From contig CAZUXY010000001.1 of the NCBI GenBank assembly GCA_964624235.1, positions 3,016-67,015 of the forward strand: a DNA stretch of 64,000 bases, in the 5' to 3' direction. This document shows, piece by piece, positions 36,762-49,081 of this stretch (position 1 is the first letter of the stretch; every line of letters begins with the position of its first letter). Under the pieces are notes generated by a model. That model made no database searches and was not told where the DNA came from. It was given only the letters and a program-made list of their open reading frames with translations. The position numbers were made by a program, and so were the translations under genes. The stretch is from an uncultured Leptospirales bacterium (GTDB taxonomy: Bacteria > Spirochaetota > UBA4802 > UBA5368).

Positions 36762-37193
36762 TCACTTTCCCGTGGTAATCAACATAATCCCGGCAACCGT
36801 AAGAACCATGCCGATCCCGGTCTGCCAGGTAAGCTTATCGCCTCCCAAAGCGACAGCCATAAGGGCGCCGAACAGCGGCGAGGTGAACGCGATAGGCATA
36901 ACCTGGTTGAGGGAGGCGGCCCCTTTGAGCGCCGCGTAGAAGGCGAGCATACCGACCGAACCCGCGACCACACCCCCTCCTACAACCATCATGGTGAGGG
37001 CCCTGGGACCGGCGTTCAGTACTGTTTTCCACTGCGGAAAGCTTACGGCGCCAAGAATGGCCAGCGCAACGGCGGTCCGTATGGTAATCCCTATCTGTGG
37101 AGAAAGGTTGCCCATATGCAGACCTTTCTTTTCAAAATATCCCCCTATACCCCAGGCCATGGCGGTCAGAAGCGCAAATAACTGCGGTTTCAT
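36762..37193 (-). CDS. small EamA-like (DMT superfamily) membrane protein with 4 TM helices
   Basis: 143 aa. Four hydrophobic helices rich in G/A (ALLTAMAWGIGGY, MMVVGGGVVAGSVGMLAFYAALK). Length of a half-EamA unit. Confidence 0.55.
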   Translation of the reverse strand: MKPQLFALLTAMAWGIGGYFEKKGLHMGNLSPQIGITIRTAVALAILGAVSFPQWKTVLNAGPRALTMMVVGGGVVAGSVGMLAFYAALKGAASLNQVMPIAFTSPLFGALMAVALGGDKLTWQTGIGMVLTVAGIMLITTGK

Positions 37194-37330
37194 ATACTTT
37201 TCTCCTTGTTCACACAGTGATCATATCTGTTATTTCCAATTGATTTCCACCAAAGAGGAACATCGAGGGCACGTTACAATCAACGCGGTACCGCTTTAAC
37301 AGCCTTGCGTCTGTATATACGTTTTCCTTA

Positions 37331-38464
37331 CTACTTTTTCTCTTCAAAGGCGTTGATGAGAGTATGCACCGCCGCGGTGGGGGGCATGGTACCGCTGGTG
37401 ACGGCTCTTTCAATGTCCGGCAGTATATCAGCGACATTCCGGTTCTTGAAAAAAAGCGCACTCAGGTGCTCTTCCAGCATTGAATGCACCCAGTTGAGGG
37501 CCTGTGACTTTCTTCTTTCCAGAAATATCCCTGATTCCCTGGTGGTGGTAATAAAATCCTCTATGACCGACCAGATATTATCAATACCCTCTCCCTTTAT
37601 CGATGAACAGGTATACACATGGGTCTGCCACCCCTTAGTGGCCTGCTGCAGGTAATGCAGCGCCCGTTCGTATTCGTTACGCGCAATTTCGGCGAGCACC
37701 TTGTTGTCGCCGTCGGCCTTGTTGATGATGAGGGCATCCGCAATCTCCACGATGCCTTTTTTTATTCCCTGCAACTCATCGCCGGCACCCGCGATCATCA
37801 CCAGAAGGAAAAAGTCCACCATGGACCGCACGGTGATCTCACTTTGCCCAACCCCGACTGTCTCAACCAGTATCACATCGTAACCCGCCGCTTCACATAC
37901 CAGCATGGTCTCCCTGGTCTTTCGTGCAACGCCCCCCAGAGTTCCCCCTGAAGGGGACGGACGTATAAAGCACCGCGTATCGCGCGCGAGTTTTTCCATT
38001 CGCGTTTTGTCGCCGAGGATGCTGCCGCCGGTAATACTGCTTGAGGGGTCCACCGCAAGTACGGCAAGCCTTTTGTTTTTTTCCGCGAGATAGCAACCCA
38101 GGGATTCGATGAAGGTGCTTTTGCCCGCGCCCGGAACACCGGTAATGCCGACCCTTACCGAATTGCCTGTCTGGGGCAGTATACGACGAAGTACCTCCTG
38201 GGCCGTTTCCAGGTGGGCTGGGGAATTGCTCTCCACCAGGGTGATGGCCCTGCCGAGTATCATCCGATCCCGGCCGAGTATCCCGTCCACGTAATCATCA
38301 ACACTGAGTTTTACCCGCTTGATGGAGGGACCATTGCCGGAATTTGCGGCAGGAGCGGCGGGCATGCCGTCATGCCCGCCTTTTACCCCTCCCACCACAC
38401 GGATCGCGAATTCTTTTCCAGCGTTTTCAGGTGCCCAATCCGGCATCTTTTCATCTCTGGACAT
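37331..38464 (-). CDS. meaB: methylmalonyl-CoA mutase-associated G-protein chaperone (MeaB/ArgK)
   Basis: GITGVPGAGKSTFIESLG P-loop. VDPSSSITGGSILGDKTRM. NKADGD. An unusual Gly/Pro-rich N-terminal extension of about 60 aa. Confidence 0.85.
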   Translation of the reverse strand: MSRDEKMPDWAPENAGKEFAIRVVGGVKGGHDGMPAAPAANSGNGPSIKRVKLSVDDYVDGILGRDRMILGRAITLVESNSPAHLETAQEVLRRILPQTGNSVRVGITGVPGAGKSTFIESLGCYLAEKNKRLAVLAVDPSSSITGGSILGDKTRMEKLARDTRCFIRPSPSGGTLGGVARKTRETMLVCEAAGYDVILVETVGVGQSEITVRSMVDFFLLVMIAGAGDELQGIKKGIVEIADALIINKADGDNKVLAEIARNEYERALHYLQQATKGWQTHVYTCSSIKGEGIDNIWSVIEDFITTTRESGIFLERRKSQALNWVHSMLEEHLSALFFKNRNVADILPDIERAVTSGTMPPTAAVHTLINAFEEKK

Positions 38465-38489
38465 GGCGTATCCTTAAATGGTTGTGGTG

Positions 38490-40663
<2,174 letters not shown>

Positions 40664-40664
<1 letters not shown>

Positions 40665-42775
40665 TACTCCACCCCCAGTGTTTTCTGAAGTTTAACTAGT
40701 GTCTCATAGAGGTTGGCCTTGACATGGATGAACTCGTCGACCCCCGCAGCCTTAAAGGCCTCAACCTGTTCGGTCGGGTATCCGGCAAGTATCACGAACA
40801 TGTCAGCTTTTGCCGCTTTGACTTTCTTGGTGAGTTCTGGAACTATATCAGGATACGTAGCGTCGGTAGAGCATATAATCATCGCCCTTGCACCTGACTT
40901 GATCGCTGCGTCTGCGGCCTCGTCGACAGTTTTGAACCCGTTGTTGCCGATCATCTCAAAAGCGCCCACACTGAAAAAACCGGTAGAGAAGTCGGCCCTT
41001 GCTTTATGCTGGGGAATGGGGCCCATGTTCGCCATGAAGATTTTAGGAGCGGAACCCTTCTTCTTTGTGTAGGCTTCGGTTTTCCTGCGCAGTTCCTCGA
41101 ATTTAGCGGCACCCCGATGGATATTAAGCGCCTTTACACCGCTGACGGCGCCTCCTTTGGCGCGAAGAGCTTTACTGATATCACCCAGCGTAGCGCCGGA
41201 TTCGACGGCGGCGATAGCGCCTTCGAATTTTCCTGACGCCAGTGCCTCGAGCCCGCTCTTAACCTTGGAAGCATCGGCACCCGATGCGGCTTTTTTGACT
41301 TTTTCAGACCTGGTTTTGAACAGTGACCCGAAATCCGGAGTCACCGCCTTTACCGGTTCTTCCTTGAGATTCGGGTACTGGTTGGTGCCTACATAGATAT
41401 CTTTACGCAACGCAACGGCCTTTTGCCGATCTGCGGCTATCTTGGCCACCGCTTCCTGGGGGAACCCCTCCTGCAGTGCCTTCAGCATGCCGCCTTTTTT
41501 CTCAATTTCCTTGAAAAGGTCCCACGCCTTCTTTGCAAGCTGATCGGTAATGGTTTCAACATACCAGCTTCCACCGGCGGGATCGACGATTTTATTAAGG
41601 TTCCACTCCTCTCTAAGCATAATCTGGACGTTCCGGGCCACACGGCGCGAGAACTCGGAGGGAAGCCCTATGGCCTCGTCAAACGGACTCACATGCATGC
41701 TGTTGCAGCCTCCCAGAACTCCCGAGAACGCCTCGGTGGTCACCCTGAGCAAATTTACATAGGGATCAATGACGGTCTTGTTGAATTTAGAGGTGCGGAC
41801 ATTGAGATAGACTTTTTTCGCTTCGCTGCTCCCGCCGAAGGCATCAACTACCTTCGCCCATACCAGCCGGACGGCCCGCAGCTTCGCAATTTCCATGAAA
41901 AAATCACCGCCCAGCGAAAAACCGAACGCGATCTTTGAAGCGATATCGTCCACCGAGAGTCCTCTTTCCTGCAGAGCCGCCATGTATTCGACCGCCGTGG
42001 CGATCGCAAAGGCGATATCCTGTACCGCGTTGCCGCCGCTGTGATTGTAGGCATAGGCATTGGCGGCTATAGTGCGCAGTCCGGGGGCGTTGTCTTTTGC
42101 CCATTTTGTCAGCGTAGCCATTTCATTATAGGCTTCATCCGGCGAAACGGGAAGTTCACCGTTAACCGCGAGGTACTCGATCGGGTCCATGCCGATACAC
42201 CCCTGCATCTTGCCCAGCGATTTACCCTGGGCCTTCGCACAGGCCGCAAGTAACGCCGCAACGGCAACTCCCGAAGGCCCGGAATTCACATACACGGCGG
42301 TCTTTTCCAGATCCACACCGTCAAACGCGGTTTTTGCGTCTTCCATTGTGGCCAGTGATAGGCCGCCGTCGCCCACAACACCGCTCTTTGAATCCCCCGG
42401 ATTCAATCCGGCGATGGTTGCCCTGTCCAGAGCCACAGTAACCGCGTTCTGACCTCTCGCAAGATCGTTTTTCAGAGCCGCATTGAACTCTTTCGGATCC
42501 GCATAGGGTAACTCCTGGGCAATTTTCCAGGAATCGGTTACAAACTGTAAGGCTTTTTCACCACGGACAAAAGGAGCCTGACCAGGCAACGCATCGGTAT
42601 GAGGCAAATCCTTCATGACCTCTTTCATGTAGATGGGCTGAATGTCGATTCCCTCATAGGTTTTCTTGATCAGAGTTTCAAAGGGTCTCCCTTTAAGCAG
42701 CTTGAGAGCTGCTTCCTTCCACTGCTCAAACGATGCGGCAGGAAAGGATTCACGTAAGTTCAGATTCTCACTCAT
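40664..42775 (-). CDS. mutA: methylmalonyl-CoA mutase small subunit (MutA-like, with degenerate B12-binding domain)
   Basis: 703 aa, collinear with mutase large subunits but lacking the DxHxxG His. Start/stop abuts mutB (coordinates 40664 shared). Confidence 0.85.
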
Positions 42776-43208
42776 CTCAAACTCCCCTATTCACAAATAG
42801 TTTTGCATATTTATAGTGCTATTTAGCAATAAACCTCGCAAATATCCCGAAATCAAAAAAAAGCAAAGAATTATAAAAATTTTGATATAACATTTTTAAC
42901 CCGGATGAGCGGTGATTCGATGGAACGAACGAGAAAACCGGGCCTGTACGATACAATTCCGCCGTGTTATCTGGAGGAATGCCAGGGGGGAAGATTAAAA
43001 ACCCACGGTCCCCCTGCCGCGGTATCGTATTATTAAGTTTAGCAACAAGGTGGGAAAATTGCCTTAAAAAATTCTTTAATGTAATAAATTTTCTCGGTAC
43101 GCGGGGGCCTGGATCAGTACCCTCAGCAACGCAATATCATGACCGGTTGATGCACACGAAGTTCAACACGGGTAAAGGTATAAGTACTCCACGGATATAT
43201 CTACGCAC

Positions 43209-44015
43209 TTATTTTTCGGATTCCACCGCGTTGTGTAATTCGCCGATTTTTTCTATACTGACCGTTACCCTGTCGCCTTTCTTCAAAAACAGCGCGGGCT
43301 GACGCGTAAAGCCCACCCCCTCCGGCGTACCTGTCAGTATAAGGGTTCCCGGCAGCAGGGTAATGGAACGGCTCAGATCGCATATTATCCTCTGCACGGT
43401 GAAAATCATATCCGCGGTCGACGAGTTCTGCACGACCTTCCCGTTCAGCCGGGTCTCTATCCTCAAACGGTTGGGATCGCCCACCTCGTCGCCGGTTACG
43501 ATACAGGGTCCTATGGGACAGAAGGTGTCGAAGCTTTTCCCCCGTGCCCACTGTTTTTTCTGCAACCGGTTCTGCCAGTCCCTTGCGGTGATGTCGTTGG
43601 CGCAGGTATATCCCAGAACATGTTCCAGCGCGGCGCTTTCAGCGATGTTTTTACCTTTTCGCCCTATAACCACCGCCAGTTCCCCCTCATAATCAACCTC
43701 GTCGGGTCCCGCGTTGGGCAGAACGATTGCCCCGTCGGGTCCGTTCAGACTGGTTGACGCCTTGATGAATACCACGGGAACCTCGGGATAGGAAATCCCG
43801 GTTTCGTCGGCGTGTTTGCGGTAATTGAGACCCAGGGCGTAGATGTTGGGCGGCGTCACCGGCGGCAACAGTTTGCTGATGACCGACTCTTTGCGCGAAA
43901 CCGAAAAATCGGCGTATATATCACCCTCGATAACGGCCGCCCTGTCGAAAGAGCTTCCAAGCGGTACTCCCTGGTATATCTTCCCGTCCTCCGCAACAAA
44001 ACGAACAATCCTCAT
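43209..44015 (-). CDS. fumarylacetoacetate hydrolase (FAH)-family protein, FAHD1/oxaloacetate-decarboxylase-like
   Basis: From the internal ATG: MRIVRFVAEDGKIYQG... Conserved GLNYRKHADE and metal-site GDEVGDPN/ETRLNG segments. The track ORF starts 14 codons upstream at an alternative start. Confidence 0.8.
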   Translation of the reverse strand: MRIVRFVAEDGKIYQGVPLGSSFDRAAVIEGDIYADFSVSRKESVISKLLPPVTPPNIYALGLNYRKHADETGISYPEVPVVFIKASTSLNGPDGAIVLPNAGPDEVDYEGELAVVIGRKGKNIAESAALEHVLGYTCANDITARDWQNRLQKKQWARGKSFDTFCPIGPCIVTGDEVGDPNRLRIETRLNGKVVQNSSTADMIFTVQRIICDLSRSITLLPGTLILTGTPEGVGFTRQPALFLKKGDRVTVSIEKIGELHNAVESEK

Positions 44016-44115
44016 AATAACTCTTCCTTGTAAAAACGTGATGTAAACTGCCTGCACAAGACTTGGGAGATAACAACCTTATCCCTGTGGAAAAGCCGCG
44101 GTTTCACTTAATCGC

Positions 44116-45723
44116 TTATTGCGTTCCCCTGGCGCGCCTGATAGGAGGCGTTCCATCCGATCGGGGATAATCCAGGGAATAATGCAGCCCGCGGCTCTCT
44201 TTCCTGTCAATGGCCATTTTAATGATGAGATAGGCCACGTTTATCAGGTTCCTCAACTCGCAGAGTTTGACCGAGAGTTTGGATTTTGTGTACAGTTCTT
44301 CGGTCTCACGGTAAAGGATCGCAAGGCGGTCCAGCGCGCGTTGCAGCCTCAGGTTGGAACGTACTATACCCACGTAACTCGACATTATGGTCTGCAGCTC
44401 TTTCAGGGATTGGGTGATCAGAATCATCTCCTCGTTCAATACGGTGCCTTCATCTTCCCATTGCGGCACTTTTTCATTGAAAGAGATCTTTTTAAAGACG
44501 TCACATGCATCAAGGTACGCTCTGTGTGCGAACACCAGGGATTCCAGAAGTGAGTTCGACGCCAGCCGGTTGGCCCCATGCAGCCCGGAACAGGCGCACT
44601 CACCCGCCGCGTACAGGTTCTTTATCGAGGTACGTCCATTCTCGTCGATCCTGATACCGCCGCAGCAGTAGTGTGCGGCCGGCACTACGGGGATCATTTC
44701 TTTTGTTATATTGATTCCGATGCTGAGGCACTTCGCATATATGGTGGGAAAGCGTTTGATCAGCTCGTTCTTGTCCAGATGCCGGCAGTCCAGGCATACA
44801 TGGTCATCCCCGCGCAGTTTCATTTCATTGTCGATCGCCCTTGATACTATATCTCTTGGAGCAAGGGACCCGCGCTCGTCGTAATTCCGCATGAATTCCT
44901 CTCCATCGATGGTTTTGAGTATTCCGCCGAAACCCCGCAGCGCTTCGGTGATGAGAAAAGAAGGTTTTTCCGCCGGGTTATACAGCGAGGTGGGATGGAA
45001 TTGAAAAAACTCCATGTTGTCCACCCTGCCTTTCGCGCGGTACACCATGGCGATACCGTCACCGGTGGCGATGACTGGATTGGTGGTGGTGTTATACACA
45101 TTGCCGGCCCCGCCTGAGGCCATCAGGGTCGTCTTTGAAAGTACGGTGTACACCTGTTGCGCCGACGGGTCCAGCACATAGGCGCCGTAACAGGCTATGT
45201 CAGGCGTACGGCGGTTCACCTCGACCCCGAGGTGATGCTGCGTGATTATATCCACCACAAAATGATTCTGCACCATGGTGATGTGGGGGTGTGCACACGC
45301 CTGTGCCAGTAATGCGCGTTCGATCTCATACCCGGTTTGGTCCTTGTGGTGCAACACCCGGAATTCCGAATGTCCGCCCTCCTTCGAGAGGTGAAACCTC
45401 CCGTTCTCCGCCTTGTCGAACATCGCACCCCATTTTACCAGGTCGTGTATTCGATCGGTTGATTCGGTAATGGTGATGCGCACCATTTTTTCATCACAGA
45501 GCCCGTCGCCGGCCTTCATGGTATCGGAGATATGTTTTTCATAGGTATCGGGAGTATACATAACCGCGGCGATACCCCCCTGGGCGTATTTGGTGGCGGT
45601 TTCATCGGATTGCGACTTGGTGATTACATATACCCGTCCGTTTTCGGCCGCTTTCAACGCGAAACCCAGTCCCGCGATACCGCTGCCGATTACCAGAAAA
45701 TCCGTTGTTATTCGATTCTCCAT
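44116..45723 (-). CDS. nadB: L-aspartate oxidase (or fumarate-reductase-flavoprotein-like FAD oxidoreductase)
   Basis: 535 aa. FAD-binding DFLVIGSGIAGL. YAQGGIAAV. Capping domain and C-terminal helical domain typical of NadB. No nadA/nadC nearby. Confidence 0.85.
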   Translation of the reverse strand: MENRITTDFLVIGSGIAGLGFALKAAENGRVYVITKSQSDETATKYAQGGIAAVMYTPDTYEKHISDTMKAGDGLCDEKMVRITITESTDRIHDLVKWGAMFDKAENGRFHLSKEGGHSEFRVLHHKDQTGYEIERALLAQACAHPHITMVQNHFVVDIITQHHLGVEVNRRTPDIACYGAYVLDPSAQQVYTVLSKTTLMASGGAGNVYNTTTNPVIATGDGIAMVYRAKGRVDNMEFFQFHPTSLYNPAEKPSFLITEALRGFGGILKTIDGEEFMRNYDERGSLAPRDIVSRAIDNEMKLRGDDHVCLDCRHLDKNELIKRFPTIYAKCLSIGINITKEMIPVVPAAHYCCGGIRIDENGRTSIKNLYAAGECACSGLHGANRLASNSLLESLVFAHRAYLDACDVFKKISFNEKVPQWEDEGTVLNEEMILITQSLKELQTIMSSYVGIVRSNLRLQRALDRLAILYRETEELYTKSKLSVKLCELRNLINVAYLIIKMAIDRKESRGLHYSLDYPRSDGTPPIRRARGTQ

Positions 45724-45988
45724 TTTTTAGCCATCCTCACACTTCAGGGTTCGCTTTGTACCGCAAAGGCGGCCGTTACGTATTTCCGCATGATATGCCG
45801 GAGGGGAATTTCGCTCGATGCACAATTCCCCAAGCGTCTTCCGATATCGTCAGGGCATTCCACCGGCATTATGGCCGCATCCCGTCAGTTATTATCACAC
45901 GGCGTGTGTATTACAAATAAAAAATGATCAGGGGACGCGGTAACCGCCGCCCTGATCATTTTCTTAACCTGCCCGATATACCCGACAA

Positions 45989-47161
45989 TTACAGACGGGC
46001 TACACCCGTTTTCTTCGCCGCTTCGGCCACCGCTTTCGCTACCGTCTCGACCACCCTTTTATCAAAAGCGTTGGGGATGATATTTGTATCGCTGACCTCG
46101 CTGTCACTGATAAGCCCGGCTATGGCATAGGCAGCCGCGATCTTCATCTCCTCATTGATATCGCTGGCCCTGACCGTGAGCGTTCCCTTGAAAATGCCGG
46201 GGAAACCGAGACAGTTGTTCACCTGGTTCGGGAAATCCGACCTCCCGGTCGCGACGATACGCGCGCCTGCCTCTTTCGCCAGGTCGGGCATTATCTCCGG
46301 CGTCGGGTTCGCCATGGCGAACACGATGGCGCCCTTAGCCATGGACTGCACCATCTCTTTGCTGACGATTCCGGCGGCTGAAACGCCGATGAACACATTG
46401 GCTCCTTTCATGGCGTCAGCGAGCTTGCCTTTCATACCTTCCTTGTTCGTCATTCCTGCAAGCTCTTCCAGCGCCCAGTCGTTTTCTTTTCTGCCCTTGT
46501 ACACGATACCGTTGATATCGCAACATATCATGTTCTTCACTCCCGCGTTCAAGAGCATCTTCGCTATTGCCGTACCGGCGGCGCCCGCGCCGCTCATGAC
46601 TACTTTAATGTCGCCTATCTTCTGTTTCGTAACCTTGAGCGCATTGATTAGTCCCGAAAGTACCACCACCGCGGTTCCGTGCTGGTCATCGTGCATCACT
46701 GGAATGTCGAGCATCTTTTTCAGACGTTTTTCGATCTCGAAGCACCGTGGGGCGCTGATGTCTTCCAGGTTGATGCCGCCGAAACCGGGAGCAATGAGGG
46801 CGACGGTTTCTACTATCTTATCAGGGTCTTTGCTGTTGATACAGATGGGAAAAGAGTCTATCCCGGCGAATTCCTTGAAGAGTATGGACTTCCCTTCCAT
46901 TACCGGCAGCGACGCCTCGGGCCCTATGTCGCCCAGCCCCAGCACCGCCGTACCATCGGTCACCACCGCCACTATGTTTCCCTTGGAGGTGTATTCATAC
47001 ACCAGGTTCTTGTCCTCTTTGATTTTACGGCAGGGCTCCGCTACCCCGGGGGTATAGGCAACGGAAAGCTCGGCCATATTGGTCACCGGGACTTTGCTCT
47101 TCAGGGCGATTTTTCCCTTGTTCTCTTTATGAAGCAGCAACGCTTTTTCTTTAACGTCCAT
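45989..47161 (-). CDS. NAD(P)-dependent malic enzyme (short, malate dehydrogenase (decarboxylating) type)
   Basis: 390 aa. AYTPGVA, VVTDGTAVLGLGDIG, DDQHGTA and GAGAAG motifs. Confidence 0.9.
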   Translation of the reverse strand: MDVKEKALLLHKENKGKIALKSKVPVTNMAELSVAYTPGVAEPCRKIKEDKNLVYEYTSKGNIVAVVTDGTAVLGLGDIGPEASLPVMEGKSILFKEFAGIDSFPICINSKDPDKIVETVALIAPGFGGINLEDISAPRCFEIEKRLKKMLDIPVMHDDQHGTAVVVLSGLINALKVTKQKIGDIKVVMSGAGAAGTAIAKMLLNAGVKNMICCDINGIVYKGRKENDWALEELAGMTNKEGMKGKLADAMKGANVFIGVSAAGIVSKEMVQSMAKGAIVFAMANPTPEIMPDLAKEAGARIVATGRSDFPNQVNNCLGFPGIFKGTLTVRASDINEEMKIAAAYAIAGLISDSEVSDTNIIPNAFDKRVVETVAKAVAEAAKKTGVARL

Positions 47162-47267
47162 GGGGTTCCTCCAATCTTTTTTTATGTTGTGATTATACCG
47201 TTCCTTTCTTAAACAAGGCTTATAAAAGTCTTTCCAGCACGGGAACGGCCTTTATCGCTCCGATTGT

Positions 47268-47828
47268 TTATGCCTGTTTCGCGTATTTCTTCGGCGCCGT
47301 CTTGTAGAGGTCGTTCCCCTCCGCGTCGATCACGACTATGGCCGGGAAATCCTCCACCTCGTAACGGTATATAGCTTCCGCACCGAGGTCCTCATACGCC
47401 ATCACCACGGATTTCTTTATGCTGCGGGCAATGAGCGCGGCGGCCCCTCCGACAGCGGCGAAATATACGGCTTTGTTCTTTACCATGCTCTGTATTACGG
47501 CATCATTGCGTAATCCCTTGCCGATCATGCCCTTGAGTCCGCGGTCCAGCAGCGGCGGCGTATACGGATCCACACGCCCGCTGGTGGTAGGGCCCGCCGA
47601 TCCGCTCGCATAACCCGGTTTTGCGGGCGCTGGCCCCACATAATAGATTATCTGCCCCTTGAGATCCACCGGCAGGTCCTTGCCCTGATTGATAAGTTCA
47701 ATAAGCCGCTTGTGGGCGGCGTCACGTCCGGTGTATATCGATCCGGTGATTAATACCGAATCCCCGGCCTTCAGACCGGCGACAGTTTTGTCCGAGAGAG
47801 GTGTGGTTATCTTTTTCGCTTCGCTCAT
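47268..47828 (-). CDS. class I fumarate hydratase, beta (C-terminal) subunit
   Basis: From MSEAKKITTPL...: SVLITGSIYTGRDAAHKRL and GPAPAKPGYASGSAGPTTSGR match the Fe-S hydro-lyase beta subunit. The track ORF has a 39-codon upstream extension. Confidence 0.85.
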   Translation of the reverse strand: MSEAKKITTPLSDKTVAGLKAGDSVLITGSIYTGRDAAHKRLIELINQGKDLPVDLKGQIIYYVGPAPAKPGYASGSAGPTTSGRVDPYTPPLLDRGLKGMIGKGLRNDAVIQSMVKNKAVYFAAVGGAAALIARSIKKSVVMAYEDLGAEAIYRYEVEDFPAIVVIDAEGNDLYKTAPKKYAKQA

Positions 47829-47845
47829 TGCTTTTCTCCTTGGGA

Positions 47846-48691
47846 TTATATAGTACCTTCCGCGTGGCGGGAGGCGTGACAGCAGATATTTACCGCCACC
47901 GGCATGCCGGCGATATGAGTGGGCAGGTATTCCACATTCACCCACAGAACGGTGATGTTGCCGCCGAGGCCCGCCGGACCGATGCCGAGATTGTTGGCCT
48001 TTTCCAGTATTTCCTTTTCAATCGCGGAGAATTTCGCATTGGGATTATATGAGCCTATCTTCCTGGCCGTGGCCTTTTTCGCCGTCACCATCGCCATATC
48101 GGCGGTGCCTCCTATACCCACCCCCACCACCGTGGGCGGACAGGGATTGGGACCGGCTTTACGGACGGTTTCGACCACAAAATCCACGATTCCCTTCGCA
48201 CCGGCCGCGGGGGTGAGCATTCCAAGGGCGCTCATGTTTTCGCTGCCGAAGCCCTTGGCCATGGCCATAATCTTTATTTTATCACCCGGTACTATATCGG
48301 TGTAGATTATCGCGGGTGTATTGTCTTTCGTGTTCTTTCTTTCAAATACCGGATCATCCACGGAGGATTTTCGAAGATAGCCCTTATCGTAGGCAATTCG
48401 CACTCCTTCGTTCACCGCCTCTCTGAATCCACCGCCGGTTATATGCACGTCCTGCCCCATTTCCACGAAAAGAATCGCCAGTCCTGTGTCCTGACAGATG
48501 GCTATCTCTTCCTCCGAGGCGATCTTGTTGTTTTGCAGTATCATATCAAGTACCGACCGCCCGGTTTCCGATGATTCCTGATCGCGGGCTTCTTTCAGCC
48601 GCGCCATCAGATCATCGGTGGCATGGTAATTCGCTTTCAGGTACAGTTCCTTTACTTTTTCAGTGATCTGAGATACATGCACCTCTCTCAT
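47846..48691 (-). CDS. class I fumarate hydratase, alpha (N-terminal) subunit
   Basis: From MREVHVSQITEKV...: CQDTG. Conserved Cys ligands ..ICCHAS.. Pairs with the beta subunit 17 nt downstream. Confidence 0.85.
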   Translation of the reverse strand: MREVHVSQITEKVKELYLKANYHATDDLMARLKEARDQESSETGRSVLDMILQNNKIASEEEIAICQDTGLAILFVEMGQDVHITGGGFREAVNEGVRIAYDKGYLRKSSVDDPVFERKNTKDNTPAIIYTDIVPGDKIKIMAMAKGFGSENMSALGMLTPAAGAKGIVDFVVETVRKAGPNPCPPTVVGVGIGGTADMAMVTAKKATARKIGSYNPNAKFSAIEKEILEKANNLGIGPAGLGGNITVLWVNVEYLPTHIAGMPVAVNICCHASRHAEGTI

Positions 48692-49033
48692 CGTATCTTC
48701 CTCCTGGTGTGCGTGGTTTTGATATATTAAGAAGCTCACACGGCGTCCCCTGCCTTGCGGCGGGAAATTATTTTCTTGCGGGGTTCATTGGTATGAACGC
48801 AGGCAATCCTCGCGCCGAACGACACTGCGGCGGGTAATCCTTATAAGCTTGCGGTCGCAAGGCTATATAAGTTTGTATAAAAAATCAAGTAAATACCCGG
48901 TCGCGGGCTCATATTAATAAAAAATTTTTTACACTTTCTTTGAAATGCACAACAATCATTCTCCGGTTGTTCAGTCAATGAACAGTACAGCAACCAATAA
49001 AGCCATGACAAATGCGGGGAGGGATAGGGGGAC

Positions 49034-49061
49034 GGGAGTCCCCCTTGAAGAGGGGACTCCC
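49034..49061. terminator. GC hairpin at the 3' end of DASS transporter copy 1
   Basis: GGGAGTCCCCC-ttgaaga-GGGGGACTCCC about 20 nt past the stop. The T-rich tract lies on the plus side, so its orientation as a terminator for the minus-strand gene is ambiguous. Confidence 0.3.
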
Positions 49062-49081
49062 TTTAATAATGCTTTTAAAGA

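Noticed and set aside
42776-43208. A possible cobalamin riboswitch upstream of mutA (433-nt leader). The same was considered upstream of cobO.
   Set aside because: No B12-box-like consensus or extended conserved stem architecture was recognisable. The regions are AT-rich promoter-like DNA, so I do not claim a riboswitch.
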